64,000 nucleotides of DNA from a virus: IMG/VR virus record IMGVR_UViG_3300045581_000900, positions 32,001-96,000 of that record; one strand, given 5' to 3'. The notes below the pieces were generated by a model. The model made no database searches. It saw only the letters and a list, made by a program, of their open reading frames with translations, and was not told where the DNA came from. Shown in pieces: positions 9,061-18,990 of the stretch (the first letter of the stretch is position 1; each line of letters starts with the position of its first letter). A program made the translations under genes and the position numbers.

Positions 9061-10050
9061 TTAATACCGAATGCGTATGGCGTCGGTGTAGGCACTGTAC
9101 TTGTAGTTCGACCCAACCTCGCCGTAGCAGCTTTCGAGGTTAATACTGGCTTTCGTCGCCCGCACCCACTCCCGATATGCCTGCCACCGAGTCTGGCCGG
9201 CACGCTCGTAGCTGCCCTCTTTGTTCTGGTCGTCTACCGCAATACCGCCGGCCTGATACGAAAGCTGGTTGCGGCGGAACTGCTCGGCCACCATTAAGAA
9301 CAGGTTGGCACAGATGCCTTCAAGCCAATGATATCTAAACGGGAAGTTCTGGGTGTTGTAGTTACGGCCCAGCGGCGGTGGCACCTCATTCCAGTACATA
9401 ACCGGCCGGGCGATAGCGAGGGCAATCTCCGCGTCGTCGAACATGAGGTTTTCCAGCAAATAGCTTTCGCCGGGAGACGAGTCGCGGAGGTGGAGCCTGA
9501 TTTCAGCGATACTGGGCGGACCACCGTTGCGGCCGTCATTGCCCAGTGTGCCTCGGTTAATAATCAAATAAAACGTGTTCGAGAAGATGATGCACGGCTG
9601 GTCGGCTTCTTCCGCCGGCACATTGATCAGGGCCATCTCGGCGTAATAGATGCCGGGGATGCCGACCATGTTTTTAGTCAGATTAACGCTGACACGGCCT
9701 TCTGCGGCGTCTGTCACCGTGGCGTCGACCTGTTGGACGGGCTTGGAGTTGCCCAGCGAGATTTGCTCCTTGAGCCGCAGCACGACCTTATACGGCAACT
9801 CGTCGCACGCAGACATGTTTACGGGCACGCCGTCGCGGTCCACCATCTGCCAGTCAATCGTGGCACACTGGCCCTGCCCGATCGAAATAGCCTTCATACG
9901 GCCGAGTAGCGGCTGCCCGTTCTGCTCGGAAACCGGGGCCGTAATAACGTTTTGGCCGGCACAGGCTACAGGCGTTAAAACCTGCTCCGTGTTGCGATTG
10001 TCGCAGCAGGGCACGAGCGGGTGGGACGTCGGGGTCGCGATGACAGCCAT
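9061..10050 (-). CDS. Putative head-tail adaptor with N-terminal Ig/BppU-like domain
   Basis: C-terminal helical region (DDAEIALAI...WNEVPP...LSYQAGGIAVDD) resembles adaptor proteins; follows the capsid genes. Confidence 0.45.
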   Translation of the reverse strand: MAVIATPTSHPLVPCCDNRNTEQVLTPVACAGQNVITAPVSEQNGQPLLGRMKAISIGQGQCATIDWQMVDRDGVPVNMSACDELPYKVVLRLKEQISLGNSKPVQQVDATVTDAAEGRVSVNLTKNMVGIPGIYYAEMALINVPAEEADQPCIIFSNTFYLIINRGTLGNDGRNGGPPSIAEIRLHLRDSSPGESYLLENLMFDDAEIALAIARPVMYWNEVPPPLGRNYNTQNFPFRYHWLEGICANLFLMVAEQFRRNQLSYQAGGIAVDDQNKEGSYERAGQTRWQAYREWVRATKASINLESCYGEVGSNYKYSAYTDAIRIRY

Positions 10051-10139
10051 GTGTGTGCTCCGTTTTTATCAGTATACAAACAGAAAGGGCTGACCGTTAA
10101 ACGGCCAGCCCTTCCGCGTTTCAGACAGTCAAAGTTGAA

Positions 10140-10544
10140 TCACGTGCCGGCCGGGCCAGTAGCACCCGTAGCACCCGTAGCACCCGTGGCACCAGCACTG
10201 ACGGCAAAGCCACCGCCGCCGGCACCGTCCCACGAGGGAGTCGACGTGCCGAGTTGGCTCGCCGAATTCATCGCAAGCTCCTTGGTGACGCTGCCAGTCT
10301 CGCTGAGCAGGTACACCGACGGAGACTTTACGATGTCGAGGAGGTTGTTAGTCAGGGCACGTTCCAGAGCCTTGAACTTACGCTGGCTGCGTTGAGCACC
10401 CAGCTTGGTCACAAGGTCGCCGGGCACGGTGTACGTGGCGTTGTTAGCCAGCGTTTTACCGTGGGTTCCCAGAAACCCAAACGCCATGGTTTTACCCGAG
10501 ACGTTTTTTACAGTCGTATAAAGATCAGAAGAAGTTGTGGGCAT
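10140..10544 (-). CDS. Small virion protein with collagen-like C-terminal GAT repeats
   Basis: GATGATGATGATGPAGT tail; downstream of the capsid gene. Confidence 0.55.
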   Translation of the reverse strand: MPTTSSDLYTTVKNVSGKTMAFGFLGTHGKTLANNATYTVPGDLVTKLGAQRSQRKFKALERALTNNLLDIVKSPSVYLLSETGSVTKELAMNSASQLGTSTPSWDGAGGGGFAVSAGATGATGATGATGPAGT

Positions 10545-10555
10545 TTTTTACTCCA

Positions 10556-10945
10556 TTACTCTGCGGATTGCATGGCCGCAGATGCCGCGGCTTGCAGTGT
10601 CAGTACAGCATTAGCGATTGCAGGTTGATCGGCGGCGAGAGCAGCCACGTCGCGAAACGTGGACTGCTTCTCAGCCTGTCCGCCAATCCCCGACGCCGCC
10701 AGCACCGCATCAAGCTGCTGATTTACAGCAGCGAGACCATTGTGCCGGGCTGCGGCGGTTTTCTCCTGCTCGGCCGTATAGAGCACATGGAGCTTTTGAG
10801 CAGCGGCCCACATTTCCGCGGCTTCGCCCTCAGTCGACGGCGAGATGCCGGCGGCAGCGAGCTTTTCGAAGAAATAGGGGGCAGCAAGTTGGGCCACAAC
10901 CGTGGCGTAAGCCTGCTCTGCTGCTTCCTTAATGTTATCAGCCAT
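10556..10945 (-). CDS. Ala-rich head-associated protein
   Basis: 129 aa; KEA, KLA, KTA, KQS motifs. Confidence 0.6.
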   Translation of the reverse strand: MADNIKEAAEQAYATVVAQLAAPYFFEKLAAAGISPSTEGEAAEMWAAAQKLHVLYTAEQEKTAAARHNGLAAVNQQLDAVLAASGIGGQAEKQSTFRDVAALAADQPAIANAVLTLQAAASAAMQSAE

Positions 10946-10973
10946 TTTTAGTGCTCCTTGTTATTTATACGGC

Positions 10974-11900
10974 TCAGACAAACGTTACCTTAGCGAGACC
11001 GTTCGTGTGACCGAACGAGCCGCCTTGCGTGTTATAGGCGAAGTACTCAAGCATGTAGGCCTCACGACGGATATACATCGTGGTGGGCTCAAGCTCGTAG
11101 TTCTTGCCGATGAACTTCGGCGAGGCGAACATGTACAACACGTCGTTCGGGACGAGGTTCCGCTTGATCGTGACGATCCAGCGGCAGTTGAGGAAGTTGG
11201 TCTCCGCCCAACCGTTCTTGATGATGTCCTGCGAGAAGTCACCACCCATCTCGTCGCGACCGAACTTGAGGAGTTCCTTGATCGTGATGTTATTCACGAG
11301 GCAGGTCTCAACCTCAAAGTGGCTGGGAGTCGAGGGCATAACCTTCAGGGCATCAACAATCGTCTCGCGGGTGATACCGCCCGAGATCGTGACGTTCTGC
11401 GGAACGCCCGAAAGCGGGTTGTTGGTGTCAACCGTACCGACAGCGGCGTCCATCGCGGTGATGAACTTCGAGTCCTCTTCGGCGAGCATGTCCTTGATCA
11501 TGTTGTCGCTGAGCACCTGACGGATGTCGATGACATACGTGCGGAGTTCGTCGACGTCCTTCACAGCACGGGGCGACACGATCCGGTCAAACATGACGCG
11601 GTAACGCGGGCCACGGATGTAGAAGTTGATCGGGAGCGTCGCAAACGGAAGCGACACAGCCGCCGGGGAATCGGGCTCCTTGTCGACCACCTTCACCGGC
11701 TTGTCCGTGTCAACCTGACGATCGAGTTCGTCGTTGGTGATGGTCAGCGGCGGGATGATCCGACGGTAGAACCCGTCTTCACGCATCTTGGTACGCGTGA
11801 AGTCGTTAACCGCATCAATGGCCTGCTTCTGCATGCCGGGAGTGTCAAGCTGCTCAAAGAGCGTTTCATTGAGCAACTGGATTTCTTGCTGAGTGGGCAT
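10974..11900 (-). CDS. Major capsid protein (HK97-like, probable)
   Basis: ~308 aa from ATG 11900; strong codon bias; order protease-scaffold-decoration-MCP; F.RRIIPP and DML.EED..FI segments typical of large-phage MCPs. Confidence 0.75.
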   Translation of the reverse strand: MPTQQEIQLLNETLFEQLDTPGMQKQAIDAVNDFTRTKMREDGFYRRIIPPLTITNDELDRQVDTDKPVKVVDKEPDSPAAVSLPFATLPINFYIRGPRYRVMFDRIVSPRAVKDVDELRTYVIDIRQVLSDNMIKDMLAEEDSKFITAMDAAVGTVDTNNPLSGVPQNVTISGGITRETIVDALKVMPSTPSHFEVETCLVNNITIKELLKFGRDEMGGDFSQDIIKNGWAETNFLNCRWIVTIKRNLVPNDVLYMFASPKFIGKNYELEPTTMYIRREAYMLEYFAYNTQGGSFGHTNGLAKVTFV

Positions 11901-11904
11901 TTTA

Positions 11905-11920
11905 AAGACCTCCATGTCTT
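11905..11920 (-). promoter_or_regulatory. RBS hairpin with AUGGAG hexaloop
   Basis: AAGAC-ATGGAG-GTCTT upstream of the MCP ATG. Confidence 0.65.
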
Positions 11921-11935
11921 CTGTTAGGGATTAAT

Positions 11936-12493
11936 TCACGGTGTCCAGTCGGTTGCACCCGGCAGCCAGACGCACCAAAACGAAAGGGCCTGAATACCAT
12001 TGTGGTTCGTTGTGGCACCACTGGACACCACGCCCACAACCGGGGTTTCATACTGCACGACGCTGTCGTTCGTCAGCACACCGTCCGTCGAAGCCGGGCT
12101 GGCCGTCGTGGTAGCGGTGAGCAGATCGCCCGGCACGTAGTCCTGCTCGGCGTCGAACTCCGTGGTGGAGATTTCGTAGCCGCCAGTTGCAACGAGACCC
12201 GACAGCTTGCCGGTCGGGGCGACAGCGAGGTGCATGAACTTACCACCGGCAGTTGTGCCGGGGTTAGCGACGTCCGCGTCGGTGCTGCCGTTGAGCAGGA
12301 AGATCGCTACGTTCGTCTTGGAGACGCCCGGAACGAAATCGCCGTTCGCGTCAACGTGAACAACCCGCCCACGCTTTACGTCGAAGTCGATGCTGGGCGA
12401 CAGCTTGGCACTGTAGTCCAGCGAAGCCATATCGAACCAGCCCTTCTTAACGTCAAGGCCGTGTTCAAACATCAGATCAGGAGCGTTAGCCAT
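11936..12493 (-). CDS. Putative capsid decoration/cement protein
   Basis: 185 aa beta-rich (YEISTTEFD..Y.PGDLLTA), directly upstream of the MCP. Confidence 0.55.
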   Translation of the reverse strand: MANAPDLMFEHGLDVKKGWFDMASLDYSAKLSPSIDFDVKRGRVVHVDANGDFVPGVSKTNVAIFLLNGSTDADVANPGTTAGGKFMHLAVAPTGKLSGLVATGGYEISTTEFDAEQDYVPGDLLTATTTASPASTDGVLTNDSVVQYETPVVGVVSSGATTNHNGIQALSFWCVWLPGATDWTP

Positions 12494-12495
12494 TT

Positions 12496-12513
12496 TTAGA
12501 CCTCCATGTCTAA
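12496..12513 (-). promoter_or_regulatory. RBS hairpin with AUGGAG hexaloop
   Basis: TTAGAC-ATGGAG-GTCTAA upstream of ATG 12493. Confidence 0.65.
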
Positions 12514-12530
12514 GAGAAAGTTATTTCAGT

Positions 12531-12962
12531 TCAGGTAGTGGGCGGATTCAAACCAAGGCCTGTGAACAGCTTCACGTCAGAGGCCTTGAGGCGACCATCG
12601 CGGGCACCCACATACCCGCTCGTCAAACTTGCTGAAGGGTCATAGCTGGCAGACTTCTGCTGCCCAACCGGCGTACCAAGACGGGCCATTTCGGCGGCGT
12701 TCTTGTGGCTGGCGAGCTTGACCACGAGTTCCATCGTGCGAACCGGGTCGTGAAGGGCCTTTTCAAGGGCTTCCTTCTGGTGCGACTCGATACGCTCGTG
12801 CTCGACGCAGGCTTGCACAGCGGCCGGAATAAGGGCCGCAAGCTTTTCAGCCTGCTCTTCTTGATTCTTAATCACGCTGGCAGCCTTGGTCAGAGCCGCA
12901 TCGGAAAAACCGATGTAGTCGATGACCTTCTGCACGAGCGTGTTTGTGTTATTTGCGGGCAT
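12531..12962 (-). CDS. Head assembly/scaffold-like helical protein
   Basis: 143 aa, several KxA motifs. Confidence 0.5.
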   Translation of the reverse strand: MPANNTNTLVQKVIDYIGFSDAALTKAASVIKNQEEQAEKLAALIPAAVQACVEHERIESHQKEALEKALHDPVRTMELVVKLASHKNAAEMARLGTPVGQQKSASYDPSASLTSGYVGARDGRLKASDVKLFTGLGLNPPTT

Positions 12963-12980
12963 TATTAAAACCTCCCTAGA

Positions 12981-14348
<1,368 letters not shown>

Positions 14349-14394
14349 GTTTATCTCCTTTGAGGCCTAATCGTTACGAGCGATTAGCGTCTTT

Positions 14395-15852
14395 TCATGT
14401 GACATAATTTTGCAGTACACACTGGTTTGCTGTCAACAAATTATTCCGGTATTTTTCGCTCGCAGCCGCGAAGGCAGCAATCTTATACAAAGCGTAGTGC
14501 TTGGCAAGAGCCGTTTCCGCGTTACTACAAGCCCGTTTTTCGTGTTGTAAGGGAGCCGGTTCAAGATTACGAATCGCAGCCAAATAGGCCCGCTTTTCAA
14601 CCTGTGGCGTTAACATGCTGTGCGTCGCGGCGGCCTTCTCGGCCCAGAGGCGTACGGCTGTTGATGCGTGGTCAGCGGGATAGAACTTGTTGTTCTCCAG
14701 CAACGAAACGATGTCCTCTGCAGCGGCCAGTTTTGAAAAAATGTTCGGCAACGCATTGGTTACCGCGTCTACGAGTTCAACATTAGCAGATTTAACTGTT
14801 AACGCCAAGAAGTCCCGCACCGGCAAGACTACGCCAGCATCAGCCAGCCCACGTAAAACCTCCGCCATTTTAGCAAACGGACAGCCATTTACATCAAGGG
14901 CTGGTTGTACTTCTGGGTGGGACGCGATCGTTAACTGTGTCCAGCCGATCGGCCGACCGCTTAACTCCTGCTCGGCCTGCACCAGTTGCTGCAGGGCGTT
15001 CATCTGCTGGGCGGCTCGTTTAGACGCAAAAGCAGCGTCCAGCCCGAACGGCATGGTCACGCCCATCTGCTCGGCAAGCTCGGCCCCGGAAATAACAGCA
15101 TTACTCGCGGCCTTCTCCAGTCGGCCCGAAACGTAGGCAATACGGTCGGCCGGGCGGAATACATAGGAGATGTCGAAGAACGAGGGGTTGGGGTTGTCAG
15201 CGTGCAGAACGTGCCCGTCTGACATCACCCGCCCGATATTGTGCTTTAAACCGCCGGCTTTGCAGTGGCCGCCGTTCTCGATTGAGTCGCAGTATTCGGC
15301 ACGGGTCCGGGCCGTGTTGCCGCAGGCGGAGCACTTATCAAACGGAATCTTGCAGGCCATCGAAACAGGGATGTCCTGATCGTTCGACAGCCGCTCCATC
15401 TCCTTGTCGGCGAGCAGTCCGCCGTTTCGCTCGGCGGCTTCCTTGCTGCCGTTCAACGCACAGATCAGTTCGATCCGCTTCATCGGCTCGTTGTAGTACG
15501 ACGCTTTTACAAGCCCGAAGCTCTTCGCGGGGTTCTTGTTGGCGTGGTCCCGATAAAACCGGGCAAACTTTTCAAACGTGTGGTGATACTTGCTGCAGCA
15601 GTCGCGGGTAAAGCCGTCGCCGTTACGGTTCGGGCCGTAATCCTCGGTCGCCCCGATGGCGATAAGGTGGACCGGAATTTCATCCTTGGCGAACTTGATC
15701 GTCGAGGCCTTCTCAACGAACTCAGCACCGGCACGCTTCACAAACGCTTGTTTGTCGCTGCCGATGATACCGCGGCTGGAAACTTTGATAAGGGCGGCAA
15801 CCGGCTCGCTAAAGTCTTGCGAGTGCGGCTGGATGACTTTAATCATGCTCAT
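14395..15852 (-). CDS. Prohead (maturation) serine protease with Zn-finger insertion
   Basis: NRNGDGF...RDH...VSMAC..CSAC...FFDISYVFRPAD pattern of HK97/herpes-fold prohead proteases. Confidence 0.75.
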   Translation of the reverse strand: MSMIKVIQPHSQDFSEPVAALIKVSSRGIIGSDKQAFVKRAGAEFVEKASTIKFAKDEIPVHLIAIGATEDYGPNRNGDGFTRDCCSKYHHTFEKFARFYRDHANKNPAKSFGLVKASYYNEPMKRIELICALNGSKEAAERNGGLLADKEMERLSNDQDIPVSMACKIPFDKCSACGNTARTRAEYCDSIENGGHCKAGGLKHNIGRVMSDGHVLHADNPNPSFFDISYVFRPADRIAYVSGRLEKAASNAVISGAELAEQMGVTMPFGLDAAFASKRAAQQMNALQQLVQAEQELSGRPIGWTQLTIASHPEVQPALDVNGCPFAKMAEVLRGLADAGVVLPVRDFLALTVKSANVELVDAVTNALPNIFSKLAAAEDIVSLLENNKFYPADHASTAVRLWAEKAAATHSMLTPQVEKRAYLAAIRNLEPAPLQHEKRACSNAETALAKHYALYKIAAFAAASEKYRNNLLTANQCVLQNYVT

Positions 15853-15860
15853 GGTTATGC

Positions 15861-17654
15861 CTACATAAGTCGGTTGGTGCGGATGTCGCGTGTCTCGGCC
15901 TGAATCTTGTCCCGCTCAGCCCGGAGTTTGTCCATCTCCAGAATCTGCTTCACGTCAAAATCAGCCAGACTGCCAGCTTCGAGCCGCTTTCGCAGCACGG
16001 ACTGAATCATGCCCGGCGAATCGACAAGGTTCGGGGCCAACTCGGAAATCTCGTTAAACGCCATGGCCACGTCTTGCGGATCATAGCCCGAGATTACAGG
16101 GTCATTAAGCACAAGGTCGTGCAGGACGCCCTTGGCCCGAATCGTTTTCAATGCCTGCTCGTGATCGGCATCGGTGAGCGATTGAAAGTGTTCTTTTGTC
16201 TTGTCTTTCTTGCCGTCACCATGCAGCATCTTGCCGATCTGCCCAGTCACGCCTTCTTGGCTCGCACCGATTAAACCGCCGACCATTTTCACTGGCGTTG
16301 TAATACCAATTTTGTTGTCTTTCAGTATCGAGTTTAATCCGCCAGACGTGTCCTTCGCGACTTGTTTTCCTCCGGCGAGTAACGCGTTGATCGGGTCCTT
16401 GGTAGCCTGACTTATCTGTGTAAACGGATTTTTTGGCTCCGGGACGCTATCGCGGGTTGCTCTTCCGTCGGCGACTCTTTTTTCATGCTCCGCAATGCTG
16501 TCGTCCCACGGTTTAAAAAGCTCGTCGACATATTCTTCGGTGCTTTGTTCGCCACGAGCCGCTTCTTCGCGGTCCAGTTTTTTGTCGATGGACTTGGTGC
16601 TGGTCAGCGGCGGCGAATCCTTTGAGCCAGCGAAATCCCGGGCGGTGAACGACGTGCGACCGGCGAACGGGTCGGTAGGCATTAAGCCGCCTGTTAAGTA
16701 CGGTTCTTGCAGAGCTTTGCGGGTTTTTGCGGCCTGCACGCGGGCGTCAAGTCCGCCGGCTTCTTTTAACGTCAGTGGTTCGTCAGCGGGATTGTGCAAG
16801 ATAGAGCCTGTAATAAACTCTGGTGCTTCTTTCTTACCAAATCCCGCATCAGCTTTTTTTGTGGCTACCCGGCTCTGTGCCTCGTTGTAGTGCTCAACGG
16901 TGCCAATCACGTCTTCCACAAGCTTGTACAGCGGGTCATGCCCGTAGTGGTTCTTGCCGCTGTCTGCCTGCTTCGTAAAGTGCGGGTACACCGCGGCGAT
17001 CTTTTGCAGGACGCTCACGCCGCTGGGACCAAGCCGCAAGCCGACCTCACGCAGGGCGTCTCCAAACGGCATATTGCCGGGCGTGCGGAAATACGTATTT
17101 AACTCTTCAAGGCTGTTCGCGGCTTTCTGATATGCCGCGGCGGCTTGCCGCCGCGTTTCTTCTGCCGCACGCAGTGCGGCATTTTTTTCGCTTTGGGCCC
17201 GCATTACAGCCGCGTGCTCGTCACGCGGTGGCGGGGTCCATGTCTTCTCGGGCAGAGCCACACCGGCACTCGCGGCCTTCTGCATCGCGTCCCGGCGGCG
17301 GTTTAAAAAGCCAGACGGCGGTACTGCATACTCGGTCGAGACGAGTTCGGACCGTTTCAGTTCCGCAGATGTCTTCACGTTCTCGGGGTACAGGGCTTCA
17401 AGAATCACGCGAACGTCAGCCAACGGAAACTCAGCCGCCTTTTCCAGCGTGTTTTCGCCGCCTTCTCGCTGCTTTGTCGTCCGGCCGGTGTTATAGGCAT
17501 GCACCATCAGGTTAACGTGCCCGGACGGAATATTGGCGTCGCTGGCACTCTTGATAATCGCGTCATTGGGGCTCATGCCTTCGTTAACAAGCGAGGCGGC
17601 CTTCTCAATGGCGGAGATTAGCTTCCGCTCGGCTTCCTTGGTGAGTGTACGCAT
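15861..17654 (-). CDS. Putative internal head protein, KxA-rich
   Basis: 597 aa; about 12 KxA motifs in the N-terminal half. Confidence 0.55.
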   Translation of the reverse strand: MRTLTKEAERKLISAIEKAASLVNEGMSPNDAIIKSASDANIPSGHVNLMVHAYNTGRTTKQREGGENTLEKAAEFPLADVRVILEALYPENVKTSAELKRSELVSTEYAVPPSGFLNRRRDAMQKAASAGVALPEKTWTPPPRDEHAAVMRAQSEKNAALRAAEETRRQAAAAYQKAANSLEELNTYFRTPGNMPFGDALREVGLRLGPSGVSVLQKIAAVYPHFTKQADSGKNHYGHDPLYKLVEDVIGTVEHYNEAQSRVATKKADAGFGKKEAPEFITGSILHNPADEPLTLKEAGGLDARVQAAKTRKALQEPYLTGGLMPTDPFAGRTSFTARDFAGSKDSPPLTSTKSIDKKLDREEAARGEQSTEEYVDELFKPWDDSIAEHEKRVADGRATRDSVPEPKNPFTQISQATKDPINALLAGGKQVAKDTSGGLNSILKDNKIGITTPVKMVGGLIGASQEGVTGQIGKMLHGDGKKDKTKEHFQSLTDADHEQALKTIRAKGVLHDLVLNDPVISGYDPQDVAMAFNEISELAPNLVDSPGMIQSVLRKRLEAGSLADFDVKQILEMDKLRAERDKIQAETRDIRTNRLM

Positions 17655-17655
17655 T

Positions 17656-18588
17656 TCATTCTCCCGGAAAATCTAGTTTAGATATTTCTTCGGCGGAAGC
17701 GTCGAGGGTGCCGCCGGCGGCAAGAATCATCATTTCATCGCCGCGTAATTCTGCCGCTTGTCCATCAAAGGGTAACATTTTTGACCCCTCTGAATCCAGT
17801 TTCGTCCCAACTTTAAACGGCAACCCGACCAGCATCTGCCCAATATTGTCAATAATTGAGTGCTGAGCCTTGGTGGCGTTGTCGGTTGTACGTTCAATTT
17901 CAACGTATTTCACAAACGCTTCAATCAGCGGCAATTGCGTGTGACTGTTCACTGGGATGGTCACCGCCGCAAGGGCCGCCTTGTATTTCATGGTGTTGAT
18001 GGCGAAATCCTGCAGGAATCCGCCGACTTCGTCAGCCGACGTCGGTTTGGGCACGCTCGGGCCGCGATTGATCGCCGCATCAAGGGCGTATTCCCCGCCC
18101 TGCAGGCCGATCATCTTCCAGAGCAGGTCGTAATGCCGCTCGCTTAATCCCCGGGTCACAGCGTCGGCCAGAATGACGCCCTGTATGTAATCCGGGCGGT
18201 TGAGTTTTTCCCGCACGTCGAAAAAAACGTTTATGTAAGCCTCCACGACACCGACCTCGGTGCCCATTTTCTCCGCGATAGCCTCGTCGGTCTCGCCGGC
18301 CAAGACGCGGGCTTCTAGTGCCCACCGCATCTGGTTCTTGTCTTCGGACCAGATAGAGTACGCCCAGAACATGTCCGGGTCGCGGAGCATGACGTTGTAT
18401 AAAGCGTCCTGCCGCCCAGCGGCCCGCTCTACGCGGCGTTTCGTCCGCAGAGCCCGCCGAATCCATGTAAAGCCTTCGGGGCCGTCAAGGCGTCGTGTTG
18501 TTTTTTGACCACCCGCGTCGATTTCACAGGCACGGGCCCAACGCCAGTGCGGAAATCGCTTGTTGTAGTCTTTGCAGGACTTAAGCAT
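17656..18588 (-). CDS. Hypothetical protein with possible HTH
   Basis: 310 aa; ETDEAIAEKMGTEVGVVEAY segment. Confidence 0.55.
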   Translation of the reverse strand: MLKSCKDYNKRFPHWRWARACEIDAGGQKTTRRLDGPEGFTWIRRALRTKRRVERAAGRQDALYNVMLRDPDMFWAYSIWSEDKNQMRWALEARVLAGETDEAIAEKMGTEVGVVEAYINVFFDVREKLNRPDYIQGVILADAVTRGLSERHYDLLWKMIGLQGGEYALDAAINRGPSVPKPTSADEVGGFLQDFAINTMKYKAALAAVTIPVNSHTQLPLIEAFVKYVEIERTTDNATKAQHSIIDNIGQMLVGLPFKVGTKLDSEGSKMLPFDGQAAELRGDEMMILAAGGTLDASAEEISKLDFPGE

Positions 18589-18591
18589 GCG

Positions 18592-18981
18592 TTACCGCAG
18601 GGTCGGGGTGTCCACCGTGACCGAGAACACGTAGTTCTTCGTGCCTGTGCCAGCCGGCGTAATTTTCAGATATAAATACCGCACGGGCGTCGAGGGCTTG
18701 CCGTCCCGGTTCAGATACGACAGGTTTAAGTCCTCGTCAGCCGGCGTGGCCTGATCAAATGAAAGCAGCTTGAACGCGGCTTCGGGCAGCGTGCTGTTTG
18801 GGGCCTCGTCCCGCTTGCTGGTATACAACGTCGCGGTGAAATCGCCCGTGGCTCCGCCAGCGGCTTCTACAAGGCTGTAGCCCTTCAAAATACCGCGGTG
18901 CGGCATCGGGATATCAATAACCGACGCCTCGCCGGCGGGAACAGTAAACGACTTGCTACCAGACCAAACTGTGCTCGGCAT
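18592..18981 (-). CDS. Small beta-sandwich protein
   Basis: 129 aa, tightly packed in the operon. Confidence 0.55.
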   Translation of the reverse strand: MPSTVWSGSKSFTVPAGEASVIDIPMPHRGILKGYSLVEAAGGATGDFTATLYTSKRDEAPNSTLPEAAFKLLSFDQATPADEDLNLSYLNRDGKPSTPVRYLYLKITPAGTGTKNYVFSVTVDTPTLR

Positions 18982-18990
18982 AATTCACCT

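Noticed and set aside
10932-11927. 331-aa + strand ORF and similar long + strand ORFs (e.g. 18898, 27805, 13005)
   Set aside because: Antisense shadows of strongly codon-biased minus-strand genes
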